A stretch of 64,000 nucleotides of DNA from positions 112,406,001 through 112,470,000 of the forward strand of contig OX597819.1 in the NCBI GenBank assembly GCA_951406725.2. The letters are read 5' to 3'. Source of the DNA: Octopus vulgaris (Eukaryota). Below the pieces are notes generated by a model. The model was not told the origin of the DNA. It made no database searches and saw nothing but the letters and a program-made list of their open reading frames with translations. Shown piece after piece: positions 40,096 through 54,665 of the stretch. A program made the translations under genes and the position numbers. Numbering within the stretch: position 1 is the first letter of the stretch; the number at the start of each line of letters is the position of its first letter.

Positions 40096-40623
40096 TCTAC
40101 TTTCGAACAATGTTTACCATTAGTACTAATTCCCTACAACAATAGTCTCGCCTCGTTTGGGACACTTGGTGTTGTTTAAAAATCGGCGTCGTATAAGGAG
40201 CTTTCTTTGGCAGCTATCCTGCAGCAAATAGGCGTTTAAACAAAGTACATACGCTATGTATGCGTGACCGATGAAGTTTACATTACTAGAGCTGCTTTTA
40301 ATTCGTAATTCAATTTTCCTTCACATATGCTACGTCGCAGCACATAAGCAAATAAGAATCATTAGGAATCCCTTTCCAATTCTCTCTCACCCTCATCTCT
40401 CTGTCAGTAATTCACTCTATACCTTTGTTATTTTATTACGATTCCTTTCTAATTCTTTATTAATATCGTAGAGTTCTGTCTTATCGTTGCAGCTCTCGCT
40501 TATTTGCACTGAGTCTTTCTCTCTTCATTCTTTTACTCATTCCTCTTTATATTACACTGCCTGCTCACTTGACTCCCTGTTTTGCTAACTTTCTTACTCT
40601 CAGAATAGATAAATGAACACATT

Positions 40624-40786
<163 letters not shown>

Positions 40787-40961
40787 TACATATCTATCCA
40801 GTTAGCTAGCTATCTACCCACCAGTTTTTATGATACTTACTTTCTGCTTCTTCCGTCACTCTCGGTACAGCTACTATTTTCTCTCTTCATTTCACTATGT
40901 AGTGACATAAAGGAAAACTAGCAAACCAAACGAAAATGGAGGAACTCCTGATTAGCCTATT

Positions 40962-41010
<49 letters not shown>

Positions 41011-41390
41011 GCGCGCACACATACGCACGCACGTCAAGCTTAACTGATAACGACATTTCACTCCTGGAAAATTAAATGACAGGGGTCTATGGATACTGGA
41101 TAGATTTTAATTACTGAGTCTTTTCAGCCAAGCACACCTTCAACAAACTGACCTAAGACTGAAGATAAGCTCGCGTTAACATATTTCATCCAAGCACTAT
41201 TAAAAAGCTCGCGACGAATAACTATGCCACGAGGTAAAAAAAAAATACTTGGTGAAAGAATAATATTGTATATTTGACTTTATTGATTTTTAGTTAATCT
41301 GATGCTCGACAGATATTGGAGCATTGTTCTTGCTCTTGTTTATGTTGGTGTTGGGGATGCTGATGTGATATTTCTCTTTTGTGTCTACAA

Positions 41391-41836
41391 ACATACATAC
41401 ATACATACATACATACATACATACATACATACATACATACATACATACATACATACATACATACATACATACATACGTACATACATACATACATACATAC
41501 ATACATACATACATACATACATACATACATACATACATACATACATACGTACATACATACATACGTACATACGTACATACATACATACATGCATACATAC
41601 ATACATACATACATACATACATACATACATACATACATACATACATACATACATACGTACATACGTACATACATACATACATACATACATACATACATAC
41701 ATACATACATACATACATACATACATACATACATACATACATACATACATACATACATACATACATACATACATACATACATACATACATACATACATAC
41801 ATACATACATACATACATACATACGTACATACATAC
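41391..41836. repeat. (ACAT)n microsatellite
   Basis: Direct reading. Confidence 0.97.
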
Positions 41837-41968
41837 AAACATAGATTTATACAGATTTACATGCACATGCATAAAGTTTCATACACATACACAGAGGTAT
41901 CTGTAAATGTAAGTGTGTATATGTGTGTGTGTATGTGTGTTTCTGTGTTCGCACTAGCCTGTATGCAC

Positions 41969-42005
<37 letters not shown>

Positions 42006-42247
42006 TACACACACACATATAAAGATATATATACATATGTGTGTGTGCGTATATATATATATATGTATGTATATGTATATGTATATATATACACACACAT
42101 ATAATATATATATATATATATAAACATATGTGTGTGTGTATATACATACATACATACATACACACACACACATATATATATATATATAATATAATATAAT
42201 ATAATATATACATATGTGTGTGTATAAAGATAGATAAAAATATAAAC

Positions 42248-42280
<33 letters not shown>

Positions 42281-43014
42281 GGCAGACATAGATAGACAGA
42301 TATGCTTTATATACAGATTCGCTCAAACAACCATACATACACATACACACACACATATACACCCACAGACAAAGCACGCACGGAAACATATTCACACACA
42401 CACACATACACGCATGAACACACACACGCGCGCACAATTGTCTTTATTATCTCGTGGGAATAAAATACAAAAAGTGCTCATTACATATCTCTGTTAGAAA
42501 TGGTTAACTTCAAAGCAGAACCACCTCCCGAATCCTAACAAAAAGTACTCGACGTCATCGACCAAATTGACCAATCAAAGACGTCCAATACTTCTAACTA
42601 TCCTAATTGCTGTTTATTTTGCATTGTTTTGGCTTCACTGATGTGCACAGCAGAACGTTGACTAGAAAGTCAATTGCACAAAAACCTAATAATAAAAAAA
42701 ATAAGTAATCATGCTTAAAAACATGAAATGATGTGTATTGTATGTGTGAATATCCATATCCATCCATCCATCCATCCATCCATCCATCCATCCACCCATC
42801 CATCCATCCACCCGTCTATCCATCCATCCATCCATACATACATTCACACACACACACAAGCACGTATATATATATATATATGTGTGCGTATGTATGTGTG
42901 TGTGTATGAATATATGCATAATAAATATATGTAGCATATATGTACATATACATTTTTATGCATATGTAAATTTATATGCATATATACGCATATATGCATA
43001 TATATAGATATAAA

Positions 43015-43054
<40 letters not shown>

Positions 43055-43192
43055 ATTGTGTAATAAGTAAAATATATGCATATACATACATATATGTACG
43101 TACCTACATCTACATGTATATATACATGCATATATAAATATATATACGTGCATATATAAATATATATACGTGAGTACAGGACACTACAACTA

Positions 43193-43274
<82 letters not shown>

Positions 43275-43822
43275 TATATATATGCATATACATGTATATA
43301 CGTATATATACACATATATACATGCGTATAATATATATGTATATATATGTATATATATATGTGTGTGTGTGTGTGTAGTAAATCCAAAAAGAACAAACTC
43401 TCGATTAAGATAGTTTTCTTTTGTCTTATGGCTGCAGCGATAGAGGTCGCCTTGTTACAAATATTTTCCTTTCCACCAAACACTCAACATTTTTGAAGTG
43501 TCATTAAGAGAGGAAAATGAGTGCAAAGAGGAAGATGCTTCCCTCTTTAAATTTTTTGAAAGATAAGTGAAAGCAGATGACTGACTTCTAAGAAAGAGGC
43601 CTTCTCACTAGATATTTGTAAACCGGAAAATGAGGAGTGGTAGAGGTCACCTGATCGTAGTTATTAGGGTAATTATGAATCTATGGGCTTTTTGTGTGAC
43701 CCTTTGCAGTTGTCCTTCTTGTTGGGGATTTTACCTCGTATTTTACCGATACCTGCTGTTGTTATTTTCTTTGTACCCAATTTGATCCTGTCATTTGTAT
43801 TGTCCCTTACATCTTGTGACTA

Positions 43823-44781
43823 CCGTAAATCCTCGAGTATAATCCTCATTTTCCCCCCAAAATTTAAAGGTCAAAATCCCTAGTGCGTACTATATACGAG
43901 GTTAAAAAGGAAAAATATTTTCTAAGCAATGTCCGAGTCTCTATTTGCTGTCCGGCAATGTTTATTCAGACGCATTTTGTGATGTCGTGCGTGGAAATAC
44001 CTTAAGCTAAGCCTGAAAGCAATGAAGTCATAAAAGAATCATCCATAACTTACAATAAGCAACATTTATTAAAGTAAAAGTATTCAGAACAGAATAACAT
44101 GTAACAAAAACAATTTGCAAACATATTTACATTCCCATATAACAGTTAAGAACATCACCATTATTTTATTACGCATGCGCAGAAGTGTTTGTTCGACTAG
44201 GTACTGCTGGCTTAATTACGCACGAATTGTGCTTAATAGTTTAGCGCTAAATAGTTCATCCTGCTGTTTGTATTGACAGTTTGCATTATTACCGTTGCAA
44301 ACAATAGATACTTAATTAAATACCAGTATTAAATGTTTGAACTACAGTGGGTCTTTACTAGGGTTTTTTATAAGCGGGACTTAAACTTGTACATTAATCT
44401 CCAATAAAACATTTTATACATTACATGCCCATAAAATGCCTCATAGATCTTATTCAGCTATGTTTAAACTTGAAGTTATATCATATGCTGAAGAGCATGG
44501 TAATAGAAGAGAATTTGATGTTCATGAAAGCAATGTCAGGTTATGGAGAAGAAATAAAGATGAAATTAAACAGATGCCAAAGATAAAGAAGGCAAGAAGG
44601 CAATAATAAAGGACGTTACCGTATACATTTTTACAAACCAAGGACGTTATATAGACCTCATTGACTCAAGTTAGAGAAGGGGTGCGTATTATATATAAGG
44701 TTTAGGTTTTTCAGAGGTACAGCCCCCTAAAAATCCCCTGCGTATTATACCCAAGGGCGGACTATACTCGAGGATTTACGG
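43823..44781 (+). mobile_element. pogo/Tigger-like non-autonomous DNA transposon
   Basis: TIRs CCGTAAATCCTCGAGTATA / TATACTCGAGGATTTACGG with TA TSD. Confidence 0.9.
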
Positions 44782-45706
44782 TAATAAGGAAATGATTATT
44801 TTTATTTGGTCAACTTTGCCTTTCATTCTTATTGAGTCGATAAAAATAAAGTATCTGCTGGAATTGATATAATCGACTTAACCCCGTCTCCTAAAACTGC
44901 TGGCTTTGTCCCAAAATTTCAAATCTTCCTCCTCCTCCACGTCGTCATCGTCCTCATTATCATCATCATGATCATCATTATTATCGTTATTGTTGAGGTT
45001 GTTGTCATCAAGGCGGGAAAGTGGCAGAATTGTTACCGCAGCGGACAAAATGCTTTGCGGCATTTCTTCCGTCTTTACATTCAAAACTCAAATTCCAACT
45101 CTGCTTTTCATCTTTTCGGGGTCGATAAAATAAAGTACCCGTGATCTAGTGAAGTCAACGTAATCGACTGGCTCTTTTCCCAGTTGCTGGCCTTTTACCA
45201 AAGTTTGAAACAATTATTATTAAAGGTTTGTAGAATGCGAAGAACAACAGAGTATTTAGACTAAATACCTCACACAGATTTCTGTTGCTTTATCTACAAA
45301 CTGAATTCAACTATCAGCAAGCTTTTCTTTCTCTTTCATTCTTGCAATATAGACAAATCAATACACTTACCTTAATGTACAGACTTCTGTTTCCAATCTT
45401 TGATCATTATATCCGAGTAGTTTACTTTGATCTCCTTGTCGTTCTGGATAAGCAAAAATAGCAGACGTAATGCATCACCCGGTTTAACACACCCAGTCTT
45501 GTTCAGTGTCCAGTCTGTTGAAAATGAACCAATGCGGATAAGCTACTCATGGCTTCTTACTCAGTTTGCATCCACTAATCTGGGGAAACTTGCAAACACT
45601 AAACATTGCCCTTCTGACTCTGATTATCTCCCCACGTAAAAAAAAAAAGAAGAAAAAAAGTAAGTGTTTGGTTGTTTAGTTAGCATGTTTGCTTCGCAAC
45701 CACATT

Positions 45707-46285
45707 GGGAAAAACTTCCGCCCGTTTCCCACCTTTTCTCCCAAATTGGTTTATTTTTGTATTTTTTTTCTGCCAAAAATCTCCGTTTTCAGATACAGAG
45801 GTTCCGGAAAATTGCCAAAAAATCGGCATTGTGAAAATTTTCCTCCCTTTCACCCAACTTCTTCAATTTTGACTTTTTTCCCCAACACTAACCCTTAAAC
45901 ACTAACCCTAACCCTAACCCTAAATCCCTAATACTAAGCCTAAAACCGTAAGTACAGAAATGTTTTGCAATTTTTGTCGGAATCATGATGTCCGTATTTT
46001 TCCGCATATTTATAAAAAAAAATTCTTAAAAAAATTTTACAAAGATTTTTGGAAATTTTTTTCAGAATCATAATCTCCGTATTTTTCCGCATATTAAAAA
46101 AAATTGTAAAAAAAAGTTTAAAATGAAGGAAATGGTAAGGGGTGGTAATTTAGAACTGTCGAATTTTGCCAATTTTTTTTTTGCAGATTCGTATTCCCCG
46201 TAGCCGAAAAGCGGGGTTTGTGTCGGAAAAAAAATAATAATAAAAGGGTGTTTTTTTTGGGGTGGGTGGGGGCGAAGTCTTGCCC
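45707..46285. mobile_element. Non-autonomous DNA transposon-like element with internal (TAACCC)n
   Basis: Imperfect TIRs GGGAAAAACTTCCGCCC / GGGCGAAGTCTTGCCC and flanks CACATT / TACATT. It interrupts a degenerate SINE head. Confidence 0.6.
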
Positions 46286-46418
46286 TACATTGTTCTATGT
46301 TTGATTCCAAAAGTGGCAGTGAATATGTTTTCTACAAGTTTGAGCTGACCAGAGGCTTGTGAATAAAATTTACGAGATAGAAACTCTGCGCAAGCCCGTC
46401 ATGAATTACATACGTACA

Positions 46419-46516
<98 letters not shown>

Positions 46517-46688
46517 ACATATATACATATATGAATGCGATGATATATATACGAACACATACATACATACATACATATGGTAATATTGATCTCCAACTTA
46601 ACATAGAGACTGTGTTAGAACACAAAATACTGTGTTCTGACACAACCTCCACGTTGAGTTGGAAATCAAGATGAGTCTGTCTCTATTA

Positions 46689-46745
<57 letters not shown>

Positions 46746-46914
46746 CAGTATCAGCAACAGATTTCAGATAAATCAGTGTGTAAGTAAAGTACCGGGTTCG
46801 ATAAAATCTGCTTAAATTCTTGAAGGTAGTGTTTTCGCATAACTGCAATCAGAGAGTAGCAAATGAACAAAATATTTCATATTCCATACATAAATATATG
46901 TATGTATATACATA

Positions 46915-47775
46915 CAGGAGTTCAACAAAATAATGGAAACACCTAGCATCATAGCATCATAATTTTGAAATATCTATGAAACCGCCAAAAGCTTGTTTAT
47001 TATTAGTGTTGCTTAATATGTTTTGCTAAAATTGCTGATTCTTTTCAGGTATCATCAGAAAAAGGTAATTAAAATTCATTAAATGACTGACCTATCGGAC
47101 TTTCAAAACGGTCAAATTGTTGTTGTTCGTATGGCAGGCGATAGAGTAACGAAAAGAGTCGAAATGTTTGGTGTATCAAGAAGTACTGTCTCGAAAGCAA
47201 TGACAGTCTTTGAGAAAGAGGAAAAAATCTCCTCGTCGAAACAAAACTCCAGAAGAACACTAAAACTTTCAGATAGGGACCGTCGGACTCTTACGCGAAT
47301 TGTTAGAAAGGATCACAAAAGTGCAGCTCCCAAAATTACTGCAGAGCTTAATGACCACCTCGAGAACCCATTTTCCACAGAAACTGTTCACCGAGAGCAG
47401 CACAAAGCCATATTTCACGGGAGGGCTGCACTCAGAAAACCACTACTTTCAAAAACAAACGTTGCAAAGCGTATAGAGTGGAGTAAAAACCTACAGAGTT
47501 GGTCCCTAGAGCAGTGGAAGAATGTTATTTTCTCGGACGATTCATCCTTTACCTTATTTCCGACCACAGGCAGAGTATACGTGTGGAGACAGCCAAAAAA
47601 GGCATTTGATCCAGACTGCCTTCTTCCAACTGTTAAACATGGAGGAGGATCTGTAATGATCTGGGGGGGGGCTCTATCATGGAAATCCGCCGCTCCAATG
47701 GTTTCCCTTCATGGCAGAATTAATAGTCAATACTATTTAAGCATTTTATCTGATCAAATTCATCCTATGGTTGAA
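46915..47775 (+). mobile_element. 3'-truncated Tc1-family transposon
   Basis: TA|CAGG start followed by the transposase ORF; ends at TA repeats and a SINE head; no right TIR found. Confidence 0.85.
47083..47773 (+). pseudogene. Tc1-like transposase, truncated before the second catalytic Asp
   Basis: HTH region (DLSDFQNGQIV, GVSRSTVS), RKPLLS, WKNVIFSDDSSF, PTVKHGGGSVMIWG. The rest of the listed ORF is SINE and microsatellite. Confidence 0.92.
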
Positions 47776-49621
47776 TATATATATAGGCGCAGGAGTGGCT
47801 GTGTGGTAAGAAGCTTGCTTCCCAACCACATAGTTCCAGGTTCAGTCCCACTGCGCGGCACCTTGTGTATTATACATACATACATACATACATACATACA
47901 TACATACATACATACATGCATACATGCACGTACTTCCACACACACACACATATATATATACGTGGAAGTACATGTATGTATGTATGTATGTATGTATGTA
48001 TGTATGTATGTATGTATGTATGTTTGTATGTATGTATGTATGTATGATGTATGTATGTATGTATGTGTGTATGTAAATATGTATGTATGTATGTATAATA
48101 CAGAATTTACTGGTTTCAACTGGAGGCTCATTTATTTCAATTCATTTCCCCAGTCCTCTTTCTGAGTCTGGTGTTGGTGAAGAAGTGAGCTGCACGAAAA
48201 CGCCTCTCTTTACGTTTTTTTGCCGTGATGTAAGTCACCGAAAGCAAAAATTTTTCTAAATGTTCTTTGAACCACATCCAGTTCTATTCCTCCTAGATCT
48301 CTGGGATTTGTAGCAATGTACGGAAAAGTTATAGGCCCTTGAACTCTAAACCGTTGCAGTATTGGACCCACACTCTATATAGAAATGTGGAATCTTTGCT
48401 ACTTTGCAGTGGCGTCCAGTCTGAAGGTTGGTTACTCGCAAAGTTAGGTACTACACCCTCCAGAATCTCTCTTGTAGGCATGAAGTGGATTCGATCCACC
48501 ATAGCCCAATTTAAATTAACAATTCAACAGAACTTTTCTCACGGTGGAACAATGGTTTTTCTCTGACAGCAGTTTTACATTTGCCAGCAACACCGCCGAT
48601 AGTTGTTGTTGAAAAACAACAGCAGTAATCTTATTCAGCTGAATACACGTCATTGATTGGTTGAAATTACCGAAATACGACAACTTTAACACGAAATAAC
48701 TTCGTAAATAGGAACTTTTCTCAACAACGCTAAAAGTAAAAGATGTTCTATACAACACATTCTACCAGTGTCCGAAGTTTGAAAGTGTTTAGTTACAAAA
48801 AATTAATTTCTCGATCTACCAATGAAAGTGAAAAGATCTTTGAATTGTATTTATTATAATTTGATATAAAAACAAACATTAATATGCATATATGCGCGCG
48901 CGCGCGTGTGTGTTGTGTGTGTGCCTGCGTGTGTGTGTGCTAGTATATGCATGCCGCCAAAAATGACATTAAAAAAAAAACATAAGCAAAAACTGTATTC
49001 AATAAATGCATTGACACAACATATATTCCATATATTTGGTATAAACTTGTTATACACATTATATATTGTCAGGCTAGATTCTGATGAAAGTTTATCAAAA
49101 GTTGTATGCTTTGTCAAAAATCAGTGAAGCATGTATACCATATACCTGTAATATAAATATCATTACGACATGTCGTATATCTAAAGCTGATTCTGTGAAA
49201 CAGACATACATACATCACAATAGACAAATTTTATTTAATTTACGTTCGCTGTATTTATTCCCTTTGGCTAATATATATGAGTTTCTGTATAAGATATATT
49301 ACAATCTTCATGAACTAAACAGTTCATATTTATCTATATAAATACACAATATATACATTTCAAATATTGCCCGTATACATTAAACAGAGCATCAAACTTT
49401 ACTAAAAGTAATTTAAACTTTCTTTCATTGACCTGTTTGTGAACATATATGGAATAACATATCCTTGGTAGTTTTTAATATACATACAGTGTCATGCTTA
49501 ATTAAGCAGATGTTTTATTACGATATTTCTTTTTGCGATGAGTCTGTTTCCAGTCCGACCTCTTTGATCATCGCTTCTGTCAATGTACAACGAGCTAACT
49601 CTAACTTTTTGCATGTGCATA

Positions 49622-50258
49622 CCGTAAATCCTCGAGTATAGTCCACCCTTGAGTATATAATATGTAGGGGATTTTTAGTGGCTGTACCTTTGAAAAACCT
49701 AAACCTTGTGTATAATACGCACCCCTTCTCTAACTTGAGTCGTGCAAATTAAGGCAGCAGCACCTACTCGAACAAATACTTCCGCGCATGCGTAATACAA
49801 TAATGGTGATGTTCTTAACTGTTATAAGGGAATATGAATATGTTTGCAAATTGTTTTTGTTACATTTTATTCTGTGTTCTGAATACTTTTAGTTTAATAA
49901 ATGTTGCTTACTGCAATTTACGGATGATTCTTATGTTTTAATTAAGAGATATGAAATGTTTCAAATTCTTTTTGTTAATTTTTATTCTGTGTTCTGAATA
50001 CTTTTAGTTTAATAAATGTTGCTTACTGCAATTTACGGATGATTCTTTTATGACTTCATTGCTTTCAGGCTTAGCTTCAGTTATTTTCGCGCCCGACATC
50101 ACAAAATGCGTCTGAATAAACATTGCCGGACAGCAAATAGAGACTCGGACATTGCTTAGAAAATATTTTTCATTTTTAACCTCGTATATAGTACACACTA
50201 AGGATTTTGACCTTTAAATTTTGGGGAAAAAATGCGGGTTATACTCGAGGATTTACGG
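49622..50258 (-). mobile_element. Internally deleted inverted copy of the 43823-44781 transposon
   Basis: Same TIRs; body is the reverse complement and includes an internal duplication. Confidence 0.88.
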
Positions 50259-50451
50259 CAAATACACAACTAATATTTTTATTATAGAAGATAAACAATA
50301 AATGTCGTTGTGTATGTTCGTCGTTAAAAGGAAATGAGTTTTTCAGTTCTTACATTGAACTACATGAAACTTACTGCGTAAACAATAAATATAAATAAAT
50401 AACTTAGCGAAACAGAATATATACATACATACCTGTAGAGAGAGAGAGAGA

Positions 50452-50506
<55 letters not shown>

Positions 50507-50627
50507 GTAATTCGAGTTGACCAAGCCTACTTTAGACTCTAAAGGATATTTTTGCCCACCGCTCTCAAAAGTTTCCCCACCTCTGCTTTAGGGTGCGCTT
50601 ATTTTTCGGATATATGATCAATTGACG

Positions 50628-50687
<60 letters not shown>

Positions 50688-50690
50688 ACA

Positions 50691-50967
50691 CGAGGGGGTG
50701 CTGAAAAATTCCTGGCTTTAAGGGCGTCGCGAAAATATTGGTTGGAGGCTCAAACCTTCCGAGTTATTTTACAGGGTTTAGAATTAAAAGGATCGCTGCA
50801 AGAAGTGTCTGAATTTGAGAGGGTAAAATGTTCAATAAAATCTTAATTAACCTGTATTTTCTTTAAAAACCAAAACCAGGAATTTTTCAACACCCTCTCG
50901 TGAATAAAATCTTAATTAACCTGTATTTTCTTTAAAAACCAAAACCAGGAATTTTTCAACACCCTCT
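50691..50967. mobile_element. mariner-type MITE with duplicated right end
   Basis: CGAGGGGGTGCTGAAAAATTCCTGG / CCAGGAATTTTTCAACACCCTCTCG (to 50900); the right end is repeated at 50903-50967. Confidence 0.8.
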
Positions 50968-50980
50968 GTATGTATGTATG

Positions 50981-51012
<32 letters not shown>

Positions 51013-51106
51013 TGTATGTATGTATGTATGTATGTATGTATGTATGTATGTATTGATCGCTAAATCCATAAGTTTTTTTTAATTCTCTGTTTATTTCCTC
51101 GTGTTC

Positions 51107-51142
51107 CTTTCTGTTGAAGAACGTAGGCTCGAAACGTCAAAG
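51107..51142 (+). ncRNA. Minimal hammerhead-like motif (third family, copy 2)
   Basis: CUUU-CUGUUGA-A-GAAC GUAG GCUC-GAAA-C-GUC-AAAG, with a GUC triplet and one stem II mismatch. Confidence 0.45.
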
Positions 51143-51213
51143 ACTTTCTCACTTTCCCGAGCGTCAAACTAATACACCTGTCTTCGTCTTTTGTTTTTCT
51201 GTAAATTTCAACA

Positions 51214-51322
<109 letters not shown>

Positions 51323-51360
51323 CCTCTCTCTCTATCTATCTATCTATCTATCTATCTATC

Positions 51361-51403
<43 letters not shown>

Positions 51404-51420
51404 CCTACCTATCTATATAC

Positions 51421-51623
51421 TATCTTTACTCTTTTACTTGTTTCAGTCATTTGACTGCGGCCATGGTGGAACACCGCCTTTAGTCGAGCAAATCGACCCC
51501 AGGACTTATTCTTTGTCGGTCTCTTTGCCGAACCTCTAAGTTACAGCAACATTAACACTCCAGCATCGGTTGTCAAGCGATGTCGGGGGGACAAGCATAG
51601 ACACACAATTACACGCATGCACA

Positions 51624-51673
<50 letters not shown>

Positions 51674-51836
51674 TACGACGGGCTTCTTTCAGTTTCCGTC
51701 TACCAAATCCACTCACAAGGCTTTGGTCGGCCCGAAGCTATAATAGAAGACACTTACCCAAAGTGCCACGCAGTGGGACTGAACCCGGAACCATGTGGTT
51801 GGTAAACAAACTACTTACCATACAGCCATTCCTGCG

Positions 51837-51839
<3 letters not shown>
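51421..51839 (-). mobile_element. tRNA-derived SINE, family A
   Basis: Head to tail present. Confidence 0.88.
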
Positions 51840-51900
<61 letters not shown>

Positions 51901-51901
<1 letters not shown>

Positions 51902-52101
51902 TTTATTTAAAGCAGCAGAAATATAACAAAAGCTGTTACTCAGAGTTTCACGTTCCCCTTCTTCTCGACGAACGGGAGTGTGAAACTTTGAGTAACAGCT
52001 TTTGTTATATTTCTGCTGCTTTTAAATAAAGCATACTACTCTACCTCTCGTGTTTGAGTACTCTTTTTTCCATCTTGTTTCACATTCATGTGCTTACTCC
52101 G

Positions 52102-52102
<1 letters not shown>
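51901..52102. mobile_element. Fold-back HHR-like element (second family) between two (TA)n tracts
   Basis: 51901-51957 is inverted at ~51974-52031; homologous to 21993-22298. Confidence 0.75.
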
Positions 52103-52157
<55 letters not shown>

Positions 52158-53055
52158 AAAAAACTAAAATGGAGGCAAACACCTTTCTCTATGTGATCGG
52201 CTTGAAAATTTGTTAAGACACAAAGATATTTTCCAACTTTTCGTAACATGAAACCAATGGTAGACTTAATGTACAAATAAATTATATCCCCCAATGAAGT
52301 GTTGAGCACTTATTTTCATTGTTCGACATTTACGTATATATATATATATATATATACACACACAGATATGTGTGTGTCTATATTTGTCCCTCATCACCGC
52401 TTGACGGCCAGTGTTGGTGTATTTACGTGTCGTGACGTAGCGGTTTGTCAAAAGAGACCGATAGAGAATAAATACCAGGCTTTAATAAAAAAACAAATCA
52501 AGTCGTGGGATCGATTTATTCGGCTAAAAATATTCTTCAAGACGGTCTTTCAGCATGGCTGCAGTTTAGTGACTGGAACAAGTAAAAGATGAAATATAAA
52601 TCATAAAAGGTAAAAGATATGGTCAATGCTGGAATGCCCTGATCACACGTCTGCTCGATTAGAGTTCTCTCTTACTCTATCTATCCTGATGATTATTCCG
52701 GGGAGGTCTCGAAATGTTTATAGAATGTATTAAATTTAAGAAAGTTATTATTGCTTCAAAGTTGGTGTTGATGGAGAGGATTGCAGATGAGGTAAATGAA
52801 AGTGAAGACTGCAGAGGCCGGCGGAAGAGCCACGGGGGCATGCATGGGCAAAAAGCACGTGGGGCAGTTCGATGAGAGACGGCGAGCGTGCAAGGACGTG
52901 TTTTTTTTCTTGACAGTGATCGCTCATCCCACCTAGGTTAACAGGTAAGGTCTCTGTATTTCTTTCTCTCTTTTGCTTCTTTTTCTGTTGTCTTTTTTCT
53001 TCATCACACTACAAAGACTACAGATCCAGCCCATCATTGGTACTGTAAAAATCTG

Positions 53056-53570
53056 TTACGTTCTGAGTTCAAATTCTGCTGAGGTCGACTTTGCCTGTCA
53101 TCCTTTCGGGGTCGATAAATTAAGTACCAGTTACGCACTGGAGTCGATGTAATCGACTTAATCCGTTTGTCTGTCCTTGTTTGTCCTCTCTGTGTTTAGC
53201 CCCTTGTGGGTTGTAAAGAAATAAGTATTTCGTCTGCCGCTACGCTCTGAGTTCAAATTCCGCCGAGGTCGACTTTGCCTTTCATCCTTTCGGGGTCGAT
53301 TAAATAAGTACCAGTTACGCACTGAGGTCTATATAATCGACTTAATCCGTTTGTCTGTCCTTGTTTGTCCTCTCTGTGTTTGGCCCCTAGTAGGTAGTAA
53401 AAAAAAACAAATAGGTATTTCGTCCGACTTTACGTTCAGAGTTCAAATTCCGTCTTGATCGATCGACTATGCCTTTCGCTCTTATGGAGTCGATAAAACA
53501 AGTATTAGTTGAAGTTTAGCATCAATATAGTTGATTTACCCCATCATCAAACTTCCTGGCCTTGTACCAA
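53056..53570 (+). mobile_element. Tandem headless SINE family B bodies
   Basis: Three GAGTTCAAATTC-containing units about 185 bp apart. Confidence 0.8.
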
Positions 53571-53641
53571 AAAAAAAAAAGAAGAATATTGATACCAATA
53601 TGAATGCATGAAATATTTAAGAACTTACGTGTGTGCGTGTG

Positions 53642-53751
<110 letters not shown>

Positions 53752-53941
53752 GTTCATGGGAGAAAAGCCGGAAGTTCACTGTTCGAAATAGGAGTGGTCA
53801 GTGATGGAGAGATGTGAAGATCGAAGAGTTTTGTCTTGTATTGGTAGCTTATTGTTGACCAATACCTCGTGTATGCAATTTGGTAAGTGGAAATTGGGCG
53901 TTAGCTCATCGTATACGTACATGTATTTGCATGTGTGTGTC

Positions 53942-53992
<51 letters not shown>

Positions 53993-54086
53993 GTAAATGT
54001 AAATGTATATACATAGACACACATACATGTATACATACATTTATGTATACATACATTTATGTATACACACACACACATATATAATG

Positions 54087-54139
<53 letters not shown>

Positions 54140-54389
54140 GTTCGTGCATATATACTATCAATTGTGGCCAAGTGCTAGAAATACCAGCCAAATCCCTTCA
54201 GGGTATATCTTGTCATCTTAGAAAAAAAGAACGACACATTGCTTAGATACACGCTGAAATATGTTAAGGTCACGGCTACAATCCCTTTGATCATAAGTCT
54301 GGTTATGAGTCTGCCTTGGGCTAGGAAAGCAAAAACAACAAAAACACTATTTTACTATTGCTATTCCCGCTTCTGTTACTACCATGGAT

Positions 54390-54407
54390 ACAACAACAAC
54401 AACAACA

Positions 54408-54443
<36 letters not shown>

Positions 54444-54517
54444 GCTACTACTGCTACTACTACTACTACTGTTGCTGTTGTTACTACTGCTGATGATGGT
54501 TGTGGTGGTGGCACTGT

Positions 54518-54576
<59 letters not shown>

Positions 54577-54665
54577 TTATTACTACTGCTACTGCTAATG
54601 CTACCGCTACTGCTGTAGTTGTTGTTGCTGCTGCTGCTGCTGCCGCTGCTACTGCCGCCGCCGCT
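54390..54665. repeat. Compound trinucleotide repeat (CAA/CTA/GCT)
   Basis: Direct reading. Confidence 0.9.

Noticed and set aside
41290-42437. Long ORFs of MYVC/HTYI repeats, and similar ORFs throughout
   Set aside because: They are translations of microsatellites.
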